Assembly: GCA_016933575.1 (NCBI GenBank)
Contig: JAFGAR010000081.1
Span: 192,001 to 256,000, forward strand
Source: Candidatus Thorarchaeota archaeon
Lineage (GTDB): Archaea > Asgardarchaeota > Thorarchaeia > Thorarchaeales > Thorarchaeaceae
Length of the DNA stretch: 64,000 nt
Direction: 5' to 3'
Part shown: positions 8,301-17,395 of the stretch, piece after piece
How the letters are laid out: every line of letters begins with the position of its first letter
How positions within the stretch are numbered: position 1 is the stretch's first letter
Translations under genes and position numbers: made by a program
Notes under the pieces: model-generated
Database searches by the model: none
What the model saw: the letters and a program-made list of their open reading frames with translations, nothing else
Told to the model about the DNA's origin: nothing

Positions 8301-10271
8301 TCAGCTCTCTTCTCGAGGGGTAAGATACTCAGTAATCATTGCAGCAATCTGTCCGTCTGTGTAATGTTGTGACGATATTGCACCACTGGCGCAGGTCGAT
8401 GTGCAGGTCCCACATCCCTTGCATAGAGCTGGATTAACCTCTGCAAATCCTCTCTCATTTAGCGCAATCGCATTGAATGGACAGACTGAGATACAGACTT
8501 GACATCCTGCGCACTTATCCTCGTCCACGATAGAGTAGTAAGGTTCCACGTTGATCTTCCCTTTGCCCATTAGAGCCATTGCTCCAGCAGCTGCAGCCTT
8601 TGCTTGAGCTACAGTGTCTGGAATGTCTTTGGGTCCCTGTGCCATTCCTGCTACAAATATACCATCGTTGAACGAGTCTACCGGACGGAGTTTGGGATGT
8701 GCCTCAAGTAAGAAACCATCAGCTGAAACACTAAGATTGAGTATGTGTGCAATCTGTTTTGCAGACTCCGGTGCCACGACACCTGTAGATAATACGACGA
8801 GGTCAACATCCTTCAGCTCGATGGGTTTTCCAAGTAGTGTGTCCTCACCTCTCACAGTGAGGGACATCGTCTTGTCGTTCTGAAATACTTCACCCACTCT
8901 ACCTCTGATGAAAGTTACACCCGCTGCGGCTGTACTCTCATAGAACTCCTCGTAACCCTTTCCAAAGGTCCTGAGGTCGATATAGAAGATGTACACATCA
9001 ATACCCAACTTATCACGAATCATTCTAGCTTGTTTGATGGCAGTCATGCAACATACACGAGAGCAGTATTTGTTCGTCAGTTCATCACGGCTTCCTACAC
9101 ATTGTACGTAGACCATCTTCTTTGGTTCTTTGAGGTCTGAGGGTCTCACCATATGACCCTGTGTAGGTCCTGCAGAACTTAGCATTCGCTCGACTTCACC
9201 GATATTGACAACATTTGGAAACTCACCATATCCGTATTCTGGCTTTTTCGTAGCATCAAACAAATCGAATCCTGTAGCAACAATAATGGTACCTACTTCA
9301 ATCTCGATTATCTTCTCATGATCATCGTAATTGATTGCCTCAGCATCGCATTTGTCCTTGCACTTTCCACATCTAACTGCATCTACACCAAGACAATTCT
9401 CCATATCGAGGAGATAGGCTGATGGGACTGCTTGCGCAAATGGGATATAGATTGCTTTTCTGTAGGAGAGTTGGGCTTCAAACTCTGCGGGGACATCCAC
9501 TGGGCAGACACTACTGCAGTCTCCACATGATGTGCACTTTGCAACGTCTACATACCTCGGATGCTGTCGAATCTTCACCTTGAAATTACCAACATAGCCA
9601 TCAACCTCATCCACCTCAGCAAAGGTCAATAGTTCGATATTGGGATGAGCCCCGATCTCTGCCATTCTAGGAGTCAGAATACATGAACTGCAATCAAGAG
9701 TGGGGAATGTCTTATCCCAACGTGCCATCTTTCCACCAATGCTTGGTTCTTTCTCGACCATATAGACCTTGAAGCCAGCATTGGCAAGATCAAGGGCTGC
9801 AGAGATACCCGCAATTCCTGCTCCTACAATCAGGGTGGACTTCTTGATTGAGACCTCTGGTTCTTCTAATGGTTCTAAGAGTCTTGCTCGTGCTACAGCC
9901 ATGCGAATCAGGTCAATGGCTTTCTCAGTTGCTGCGGCAGGATCATCTGAATGAATCCAGGAATCATGTTCTCTGATGTTAGCAATCTCCAAGAGAAATG
10001 GATTGAGTCCAACCTCACGCATCACTTGTCTGAAGGTAGGCTCATGCATTCTTGGAGAGCATGCGGCAACAACGACGCCATCTAATCTACTATTCTTAAT
10101 GTGGTCCTTCACTATCTGCTGACCCGGTTTTGAACAGACATATTTGTAGTCATCAATAACTTCGACATTAGGAAGCTTAGCAATGGCTTCCTTGACTTTC
10201 TCAATATCAACAACACCAGCTATGTTACTTCCACAGTGGCAGATGAAGACACCAATCTTTCTATCAGACAT
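8301..10271 (-). CDS. hdrA: heterodisulfide reductase subunit A (Cys form)
   Basis: CHCGSNI, ACSPRMHE, GAGIAG, KTFPTLDCSSCIL, CVGSR and CSRVCC motifs plus ferredoxin domains. Confidence 0.96.
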   Translation of the reverse strand: MSDRKIGVFICHCGSNIAGVVDIEKVKEAIAKLPNVEVIDDYKYVCSKPGQQIVKDHIKNSRLDGVVVAACSPRMHEPTFRQVMREVGLNPFLLEIANIREHDSWIHSDDPAAATEKAIDLIRMAVARARLLEPLEEPEVSIKKSTLIVGAGIAGISAALDLANAGFKVYMVEKEPSIGGKMARWDKTFPTLDCSSCILTPRMAEIGAHPNIELLTFAEVDEVDGYVGNFKVKIRQHPRYVDVAKCTSCGDCSSVCPVDVPAEFEAQLSYRKAIYIPFAQAVPSAYLLDMENCLGVDAVRCGKCKDKCDAEAINYDDHEKIIEIEVGTIIVATGFDLFDATKKPEYGYGEFPNVVNIGEVERMLSSAGPTQGHMVRPSDLKEPKKMVYVQCVGSRDELTNKYCSRVCCMTAIKQARMIRDKLGIDVYIFYIDLRTFGKGYEEFYESTAAAGVTFIRGRVGEVFQNDKTMSLTVRGEDTLLGKPIELKDVDLVVLSTGVVAPESAKQIAHILNLSVSADGFLLEAHPKLRPVDSFNDGIFVAGMAQGPKDIPDTVAQAKAAAAGAMALMGKGKINVEPYYSIVDEDKCAGCQVCISVCPFNAIALNERGFAEVNPALCKGCGTCTSTCASGAISSQHYTDGQIAAMITEYLTPREES

Positions 10272-10456
10272 CTAAGGTTCCTCGGATTCAAGCATAGTGA
10301 TATCAATGCGAATGGATACAGGCGCCGTTGAATGTAGGCAATAAAGTGTTTCGGGAGCTGGCATAGCTCTTTAAGAACATTCTCTGAGGTGAGAATTCCT
10401 ACCAAAAGCGTAAAAAGCGCATTTCACGGCACACTCAGCTACCCGGAGGCTATACT

Positions 10457-11230
10457 TTGCCTGGAAAGGTCTGGAACTATATAATCGATAAGCTAACAAA
10501 AGAAGGCGCCCTTCATTTCTCTTTACTGGACCCTGACCCTCTTTCCACAACCATCGAGGAAGTGGTTGAGCTGGCTGAGCTAGCAGAGAAGGCAGGGAGT
10601 GACGCAATAATGATAGGTGGAAGCACAGTCTTTGGTGTGATTGATGATGCAGTTGCAAAGATCACAGAAGCAGTAGATATTCCAACCATTCTCTTTCCCG
10701 GTAATATCACGGGGGTTTCAGAGCATGCTGATGCAATGTTCTTCATGACCCTACTGAATAGCACCAATCCCTATTGGATTATTGGTGCTCAGGCTCTTGC
10801 TGCTCCAAAGATCAAACTTGTTGGCATAGAGACTATTCCAATGGCGTATCTTATGGTGGCTCCTGGAAAGACAGCTGCATGGGTCGGAGATGCAAAGCCC
10901 TTTCTCCGTGACAAACCCAAGATACCTGCAATGTATGCTATTGCTGCAGAGTTACTTGGCATGAAACTCGTGTATCTTGAAGCAGGAAGTGGTGCTGAAG
11001 GCGGTGGAGTTCCTCCTGAGATGATTTCTGCTGTTTCCAAGTTCATTGACATACCTGTTATCACCGGTGGCGGTTTCAATGATGCAGAATCTGTTGTCCG
11101 AGCAGTTGATGCTGGAGCTTCCATTGTTGTCCAAGGAACCTACCTCGAGAAAAATGTCAAAAAAGATAAGGGCGAGGGACTCGCGAAGATTATAAAATCG
11201 TTGAAAGAAGCAGGCGCCAAGAGAGTTTAA
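10457..11230 (+). CDS. geranylgeranylglyceryl phosphate synthase (PcrB family)
   Basis: LLDPD, IGGS, LFPG, YLEAGSGA and GGG motifs. Confidence 0.93.
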   Translation: MPGKVWNYIIDKLTKEGALHFSLLDPDPLSTTIEEVVELAELAEKAGSDAIMIGGSTVFGVIDDAVAKITEAVDIPTILFPGNITGVSEHADAMFFMTLLNSTNPYWIIGAQALAAPKIKLVGIETIPMAYLMVAPGKTAAWVGDAKPFLRDKPKIPAMYAIAAELLGMKLVYLEAGSGAEGGGVPPEMISAVSKFIDIPVITGGGFNDAESVVRAVDAGASIVVQGTYLEKNVKKDKGEGLAKIIKSLKEAGAKRV

Positions 11231-11280
11231 ATACTTGGCACCCCTCTTTCATCCAGTTTCAATGGGAGGTTAAAACACCT

Positions 11281-11676
11281 TTGTCTTCCAAGACCGATAT
11301 GTTGAAAGAACTTTTATTAGATTTGAGTAGAGCCTCCCAAGGAAATGTGGAAGCTAGCGTTATCATCTCAAAGTCCCAGGGACTTCCAATCTATTCTCTT
11401 TATCCTGATGGTGTTGATGACAAACGAATTCCCGATGAGGACGTCATAGCAGGGAGATCCACTCAGATACAAGAAGCCACACGAAAAGTCTTCAAGCAGT
11501 TAAAACGTGGCCCTCTAATCCGAATGCTTATTGAAGGCGAAACTGGATATGTCATAATCTGTGATGCAGGGGATGATGCAATCCTTGTTGTTCTTACAAA
11601 TAAGCGTGCAAATATTGGATATATGTTCTTCTCGATGTCTAGAACTGCTCGTCGTATTCAACAAGTGTTGTCATAA
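11281..11676 (+). CDS. roadblock/LC7 domain protein
   Basis: SVIISKSQGLPI...MLIEGETGYVIICDAGDDAILVVLT...NIGY pattern. Confidence 0.88.
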   Translation: MSSKTDMLKELLLDLSRASQGNVEASVIISKSQGLPIYSLYPDGVDDKRIPDEDVIAGRSTQIQEATRKVFKQLKRGPLIRMLIEGETGYVIICDAGDDAILVVLTNKRANIGYMFFSMSRTARRIQQVLS

Positions 11677-11731
11677 TCCTACGTCCCATCGTCACTTTTA
11701 TCTATCCACTAAATGAGGACCAATAAGACTG

Positions 11732-12673
11732 GTGATTATAGTGTCCAAAGAAAAGCAGAATGAAAACAATAGTGATACAGCATCCGAAGATGTGTGGGAG
11801 AAATGGCGTCGAGCAGGAGTAGTCGCCCGTGAAGCTCTTGCATTGGCACGACCGATGATTGAACCTGGTGTGAAAGTAATTGATATCATCGATACTGTAG
11901 AGAACTATATTCGTGAGAATTCCTCGGGAACCTCATTTCCATGCAATGTATCGCTGAACAACATTGCAGCACACTATACCTCTCCCCTTAATGATGAAAC
12001 AGTGATTGAGGCGGGCGATCTTGTGACTGTTGACTGTGGCTCGCATGTTGACGGATGTATCGCTGACACTGCATTCACCATAGCTTTGAATCCTGACCAT
12101 GAAGCTCTTGTCAAGGCATCTGTAGATGCTACAAACGTAGCTATCAAGATGATGAGACCTGGTGCGAAACTCAATACTATTGGCGCCCTCATTGAAGACA
12201 CTATCACTAGTGCAGGATTCAGGCCTATCAAACAATTGACTGGACACCAACTCAAGGAGTATGAGCTACACGCAGAAAAACAGGTTCCATGTGTATCTGG
12301 TAAATCAGAGGTTCTTGTAGAAGAGGGCGAGGTCTATGCTGTTGAGACCTTTGCTAGTACTGGTTCAGGGAATATCACTGACCTACCAAATCCAACTATC
12401 TATCAACTTCTTCCAATGCGCGTACCTTTGCGATTCAGCGGCTCCAAGCAGTTTGCAGGAATTGCTAGGAAGGAGTATCGTGAATTTCCATTTGCAGAGC
12501 GATGGCTTGCACAGCGTATGAAGCATGCCACCCTAAAGATGGCTATCAGAGAGCTCCAACAGAATGGGGCACTCTTTGGTCACAAGATTCTTGCAGAGGA
12601 GAAGGGTGAGTTTGTGTCTCAACATGAGCATACAATAATCATCACAAAGGATGGTTATGAACAGACGACATGA
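11732..12673 (+). CDS. map: methionine aminopeptidase type II
   Basis: FPCNVS, AAHYT, DCGSHVDG, DTAFT, LTGH, AVETF and QHEHT motifs. Confidence 0.95.
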   Translation: MIIVSKEKQNENNSDTASEDVWEKWRRAGVVAREALALARPMIEPGVKVIDIIDTVENYIRENSSGTSFPCNVSLNNIAAHYTSPLNDETVIEAGDLVTVDCGSHVDGCIADTAFTIALNPDHEALVKASVDATNVAIKMMRPGAKLNTIGALIEDTITSAGFRPIKQLTGHQLKEYELHAEKQVPCVSGKSEVLVEEGEVYAVETFASTGSGNITDLPNPTIYQLLPMRVPLRFSGSKQFAGIARKEYREFPFAERWLAQRMKHATLKMAIRELQQNGALFGHKILAEEKGEFVSQHEHTIIITKDGYEQTT

Positions 12674-12852
12674 GGTGCAGTATTTCGACACCCCCGACGA
12701 TTCTCCGGTTCTTTCTTCGGTCAACACAGAAGTGTTAAAAGTCTATAATCTAAGTTATTCTATTGTGGGTCCCGGGAAACTGTCATCGGTGCTTTGACTT
12801 CTCTATGAATACTGGCGGTTACTAACCGGTTCCAACACTTGGAGGAGAGAGA

Positions 12853-13830
12853 TTGGACCGCATCCGTAGTACTGATGATAAGAAGGGAGCTGCCGAATCT
12901 TCCATTGAACTAATTTGTTGCCCAGAGTGTAAGTCTACTACCGTAGTTGAGGATACCACTCGAGGTGAACGAGTGTGCGGCGGTTGTGGTCTTGTACTAT
13001 CCGACCATCGTATTGATACCGGAGCCGAATGGCGTGCATTCAGTACTGAAGAGAGTGACTCTCGAAGTAGAGTTGGAGCACCACTTCGCTATACCGTGCA
13101 TGATAAGGGACTCTCAACAGTTATTGACTGGAGAGATCGGGACACCTCTGGGAAGAAGTTGAGTCCGACACGAAGGTCGGAGATCTATCGATTGCGTAAA
13201 TGGCAGATACGGTCTAGAGTACATTCGAGCATGGATCGTAATCTTGCACAGGCTATGTCCGAACTCGAACGATTGTCCTCACAGCTTGGAATCCCTGAAC
13301 CAATTCGTGAGCTTGCAGCACTTCTCTACAGAAAATCTATCATCAAGAAACTAGTCCGTGGACGAAGTATTGAAGCTATGGTGGCAGCAACGCTCTATGC
13401 TGCATGCAGGATACGGGAAAAACCCCGTCCTCTTGACGAGGTTGCTGATGCTTCGCGTATCGATAGAAAGAAATTGGGACAGTGTTATCGACTTCTTCTA
13501 AGAAATCTAGCAATCAAGATCCCACTCTCTAATCCAGTCGCTTACATCTCCCGTTTTGCATCACAACTCGAACTCTCGAGCCCTGTGCAGCTCCGGACCG
13601 TTGAGATTTTGCAAAGAAGTCGCGATATTGGTCTCACAATAGGTCGTGACCCGCTTGGTCTTGCAGCGGCAGCAATTTACGTCGCCTCTATCATGTTAGA
13701 TGAACGCCGGACACAACGAGAGATTGCTGAGGTCGCAAGGGTCACTGAAGTCACAGTACGCAATCGCTACAAAGAGATCGTAAAGAAGCTCAGTATTGAT
13801 TCCATGGGTCTTGAACCTATAGAACACTGA
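12853..13830 (+). CDS. tfb: transcription initiation factor IIB (paralog 1, TTG start)
   Basis: Zn ribbon CPEC/CGGC, EWRAF, two cyclin repeats, TEVTVRNRYKE; SD GGAGG at 12841. Confidence 0.97.
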   Translation: MDRIRSTDDKKGAAESSIELICCPECKSTTVVEDTTRGERVCGGCGLVLSDHRIDTGAEWRAFSTEESDSRSRVGAPLRYTVHDKGLSTVIDWRDRDTSGKKLSPTRRSEIYRLRKWQIRSRVHSSMDRNLAQAMSELERLSSQLGIPEPIRELAALLYRKSIIKKLVRGRSIEAMVAATLYAACRIREKPRPLDEVADASRIDRKKLGQCYRLLLRNLAIKIPLSNPVAYISRFASQLELSSPVQLRTVEILQRSRDIGLTIGRDPLGLAAAAIYVASIMLDERRTQREIAEVARVTEVTVRNRYKEIVKKLSIDSMGLEPIEH

Positions 13831-13886
13831 TCTCTCGCTCACTCTACCTGCAATAGTACTAACATGTGTTGAGGATTGGTTATATG

Positions 13887-14099
13887 CTACCTTCTTCCAG
13901 TCTGTTGGAATGACCAATCGACCTGAACCATTTGTTCTGGGAATCCAAGCTTTGACAAGACGTCTCCAATGACCCCTCTATGATCTCCTTGCAGTTCAAT
14001 ATGGCCATGTTTTGCGGCTCCTCCGCAAGCAAGCTTGGCTTTCAGTTTTGTAGCCAAATCACCAAGGTCAATATTCTTGTCAAAACCTTCAAGAATTAT
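13887..14099 (-). pseudogene. start-less 3' fragment (70 codons + TAG) of aIF1/SUI1
   Basis: Manual translation IILEGFDKNIDLGDLATKLKAKLACGGAAKHGHIELQGDHRGVIGDVLSKLGFPEQMVQVDWSFQQTGRR*. 58/70 aa identical to the C-terminus of 16905..17249. Confidence 0.93.
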
Positions 14100-14102
14100 G
14101 TT

Positions 14103-15227
14103 TTAGTTTCTAAAGAGTCCTAATGACATTTGGATGTGTTTTTTCATTTCTTCTGACATGCATATTACTTCAGATTGATACTTCTTGAATTCATCACGGG
14201 ATGAGAAATCCAATGTGTGTACAGTAAAACCTGATTTTTTAAAAGCATCAAAGATGGTCTGTACATTCTGTTTTGAGTAATTATTAACAATCTTTCTATC
14301 CAAATTCTTAAGGATTTCATAGCCGTATGCTGTGTAAAGAAACGTATCCCACTGGGGTCTGTTTCTAAGAACAGGTAACTTGATTCGCTCCATCTCTTCT
14401 TGTCTTATCTCTAGAATTAATTTACTCAGTCTTGCACATTCTGCATTCTCAAGGAAATTGTCATTAATGACTATTCCCACAGTAGACCTTCCAGTTTCCA
14501 CTTGGTCACACATTGTTTCAATAACAACAGGTTCGAGAGTTCTCTTTACATTTTCAATACTTGTGTCTGGAGGTATCTCAAGAATAAGTTCCAGCAAATC
14601 CTTTTCTAATAACCCATATTGTCCAAGACTCAATCCGTTTAAGACACTAGTTTGAGCAGTGATATGTGATGTTCTTCCTTTCACAACCTCTAGCTGGGTA
14701 TGAATAGGTTCCCAAGCCTGTATATTCTCTAATGGCTTATATTTTATCTTGTAAGGTGACCCTCTTGTGAATCCCCAGAAGTCATTTGTGTCAAGCCAAG
14801 TACTCACATCACTTCCTATTTGAAAATAAACTGGGTCATCCTCTGATACGTGTTGGAGTGATTCAAAGAGTGGTGTGATATCCCAAGGCATACTCAGAAG
14901 TCCACAAACTGTCACATCAATACTTCTAACATTCTTGAGTCTGGCCAAGGGGCATAGACTCATCTCTGTTAAGTATTGAAATCCATTTAGTTTTAATGAC
15001 CTAAAATTAGTGAAGTCGGCGAGTCCGGAGAGGTCAATAGAAACGTATTTCGGTTCATTATAGCCCTGCATACTAGCTCCATACAGTTCGATATAGTCCT
15101 TTTGATATCCTCGTAAAATTTCCTCTACTTCCGACTGGTGAATCTCTTCTTGTTCGGTTTTAAATTTCAGATATGCCTTTGAACTCATTACGTTGATTTT
15201 TACTGCATCAGTCAATTTAAGACTCAC
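14103..15227 (-). CDS. LRR-like protein
   Basis: IDLSGLADFTNFRSLKL / LCPLARLKNVRSIDV repeats; visibly AT-rich DNA. Confidence 0.65.
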   Translation of the reverse strand: MSLKLTDAVKINVMSSKAYLKFKTEQEEIHQSEVEEILRGYQKDYIELYGASMQGYNEPKYVSIDLSGLADFTNFRSLKLNGFQYLTEMSLCPLARLKNVRSIDVTVCGLLSMPWDITPLFESLQHVSEDDPVYFQIGSDVSTWLDTNDFWGFTRGSPYKIKYKPLENIQAWEPIHTQLEVVKGRTSHITAQTSVLNGLSLGQYGLLEKDLLELILEIPPDTSIENVKRTLEPVVIETMCDQVETGRSTVGIVINDNFLENAECARLSKLILEIRQEEMERIKLPVLRNRPQWDTFLYTAYGYEILKNLDRKIVNNYSKQNVQTIFDAFKKSGFTVHTLDFSSRDEFKKYQSEVICMSEEMKKHIQMSLGLFRN

Positions 15228-15277
15228 TGTGATTGTTGATTTATCATCTCCTTGATGAATATTCGAGTGAAGCTAGA

Positions 15278-16051
15278 TTAATCATGCAGACTTCCAAAGG
15301 CGTACTGGTCACGAGATGCTGCGAAGTTAATTGCCAGTAATGGTTCATCTGTTGAGCTTGTGCTGAACACATTGGGCTTATCGAGGCCGCTATCAGTGAG
15401 CGACCATCCCACCATCTCAGTATAGCCGAAGTTGACATCATGGGGAACTGAGAGCTTCCCATTCATGCCCTCAGGGAGGTCTACGAACACATTGAGGATT
15501 GTAAAGAAGGAGAGTTCTACATTCAGACCTGTATCCGTGAAGTTCACGTTCTCTGTGAAGATGATGTTGCAGATGCCTTCATTGGTACTGATTTTGACGT
15601 CCTGACCTGCAAGCTCTGCCCCATTGTCATAAATTAGTGTAACATTCAGATTACGACCATCAATGAAGACCTGATAGTAGGTGGCAGTTCCAAGGATCAC
15701 ATCAATAGATGCTATCTTGTAATCACCCATTCCATCAAGGACTAGATGGTAAGCATCTGGATCGTATGATGGCTCGTAGAGAGAGTAGTGATGATGCATT
15801 CCGGGTTCATACTGAACCACATCTATGGAATAGAGAAGATTGGGATTGTCCACAAAGGTGATGGTGACGTTTGTCGATGGTGCGCGGAGGGCTCTTAGGA
15901 ATAACACAGCATGTTTGGTACTTCCAGCAGGATAGGCGCACTCGTAGTGGAAATGAGTCTGAACCAAGGGGATACCTACGAACACCACCAGACCCACCAC
16001 TACAATGACTCCCACACTGATTGAGACCATTTTTCTTCGTTCCATTCTCAC
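15278..16051 (-). CDS. membrane-anchored or exported beta-rich hypothetical protein
   Basis: Basic N-terminus and one TM helix (ISVGVIVVVGLVVFVGIPLV), then a beta-strand-rich body. Confidence 0.75.
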   Translation of the reverse strand: MRMERRKMVSISVGVIVVVGLVVFVGIPLVQTHFHYECAYPAGSTKHAVLFLRALRAPSTNVTITFVDNPNLLYSIDVVQYEPGMHHHYSLYEPSYDPDAYHLVLDGMGDYKIASIDVILGTATYYQVFIDGRNLNVTLIYDNGAELAGQDVKISTNEGICNIIFTENVNFTDTGLNVELSFFTILNVFVDLPEGMNGKLSVPHDVNFGYTEMVGWSLTDSGLDKPNVFSTSSTDEPLLAINFAASRDQYAFGSLHD

Positions 16052-16083
16052 TCACCTCTCACTTCTCGTGTTCGAATTTATGT

Positions 16084-16791
16084 TCATCGCATATTCCCCA
16101 GCATGACAGGGATACGCATAACGAGCATAGCCATGTTCAGACTTAATGCAATTGAGGGAAGTATCAGTCTAGCCTTACTTGCTTGTATCCTTGTTGAACC
16201 GTCTTCCAAGGTGACAAGCGAGATTCCTCTCCTCCCCATTGCCCGAAGCAGTCCACTGGTGATGATGGAGAGCGTCATGGCAGTGAAGAAGACCTCTCCG
16301 CCGCCTATTGGTTGTGCGCTCTTATCATACCGGAGAACATTATCGAAGGCCATCTCAAAGATGACCTCGCCAACCAGTTCAAAATACTCTTTGACTCCAC
16401 GATAGAGTAACGAGCCCAGCTCTCGGGCTGAACTCATCTGAGAGATCTTCTTCAGGGTACTACTGAAGCCGAGGTCAAGCAGGTCATCTATCGTTGTCCC
16501 GAATCGACTGAGAACACTGCTTCCAGTACGTCGTAGCCCTGCACCTAACGCTCCAAGGTCTGCAAAGTTCTCTGCAAGGACTCCACCGAACCTGTTCCCT
16601 GCCCACCTAGCAAATCTTCCAAGACCCTTCGCTGCGGCCCCAATGCCAAAGGAGATACCGTTTGATAATGCTTCGGTCAGGATGAGGTTCCATCCTTGGT
16701 CAGAAGTGATACCCCAGATACTGAAGTTACCGATGTAGTTCCTGTCAACTCCAAGAGCCTGCATGGCACCAAGCAGGATGTGGTCGAACAT
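16084..16791 (-). CDS. hypothetical Gly/Ala-rich amphipathic protein, possibly the C-terminal remnant of a larger protein
   Basis: 235 aa ORF with GISFGIGAAAKGLG and hydrophobic C-terminal segments. Confidence 0.6.
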   Translation of the reverse strand: MFDHILLGAMQALGVDRNYIGNFSIWGITSDQGWNLILTEALSNGISFGIGAAAKGLGRFARWAGNRFGGVLAENFADLGALGAGLRRTGSSVLSRFGTTIDDLLDLGFSSTLKKISQMSSARELGSLLYRGVKEYFELVGEVIFEMAFDNVLRYDKSAQPIGGGEVFFTAMTLSIITSGLLRAMGRRGISLVTLEDGSTRIQASKARLILPSIALSLNMAMLVMRIPVMLGNMR

Positions 16792-16904
16792 GGGCCACGA
16801 TTTTTGTCCACCCCTCCTAGTCCCCCGACCTCCACCCCCACCACTCCCCTTTTTCCTTTTTTGTTTCTAAGCATGTATAATTGAAACACGTTCTCGAATT
16901 GATT

Positions 16905-17249
16905 CTATCTTCTTCCAGTCTGCTGGAATGACCAATCTATGTTGATTGCTTCTTTTGGAAATCCGAGTTTTTCCAGAACTTCTCCTATATTTGCCCTATG
17001 GTCTCCCTGCAGCTCGATATGACCGTGTTTTGCAGCTCCTCCACAGGCAAGCTTGGCTTTCAACTTCGTGGCAAGGTCGTTTAGATCGATATTTTTATCG
17101 AAGCCTTCTAAGATCAAAGTCAAACGACCCCATTTACGGCGCTCGACAGTCACATTAATTCTTGCCTCTTCCTGAGCGATTGTTTCGCACACACAGAGAT
17201 CCTGAGGCAAACCACAATTCGGGCAGATTCCGCCTTCGTCGTTACTCAC
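16905..17249 (-). CDS. sui1: translation initiation factor aIF1 (SUI1), GTG start
   Basis: CPNCGLPQDLCVCE, LKAKLACGG and IELQGDHR motifs. Confidence 0.96.
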   Translation of the reverse strand: MSNDEGGICPNCGLPQDLCVCETIAQEEARINVTVERRKWGRLTLILEGFDKNIDLNDLATKLKAKLACGGAAKHGHIELQGDHRANIGEVLEKLGFPKEAINIDWSFQQTGRR

Positions 17250-17395
17250 GCATTTATGTACTCCTGAGATTTAGTTATAGCAATATGCTAAGGGAAGAGA
17301 GCCCTCTCGTACATATAAGTTATGCTTTACCCTATCAAAATAAAAAAGATGCGTAAAAGAGCAAGAATTAAGCGGAAAAACAGACCCAAGAAACT

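Larger units (their letters stand above)
14100..16904. mobile_element. putative integrated island or element remnant inserted in the aIF1/SUI1 gene
   Basis: Flanked by intact SUI1 and its duplicated 3' part in direct orientation; non-housekeeping cargo; no integrase seen. Confidence 0.65.

Noticed and set aside
8301-10271. hdrA as a selenoprotein
   Set aside because: The ORF is uninterrupted, with Cys codons at the LDCSSC site.
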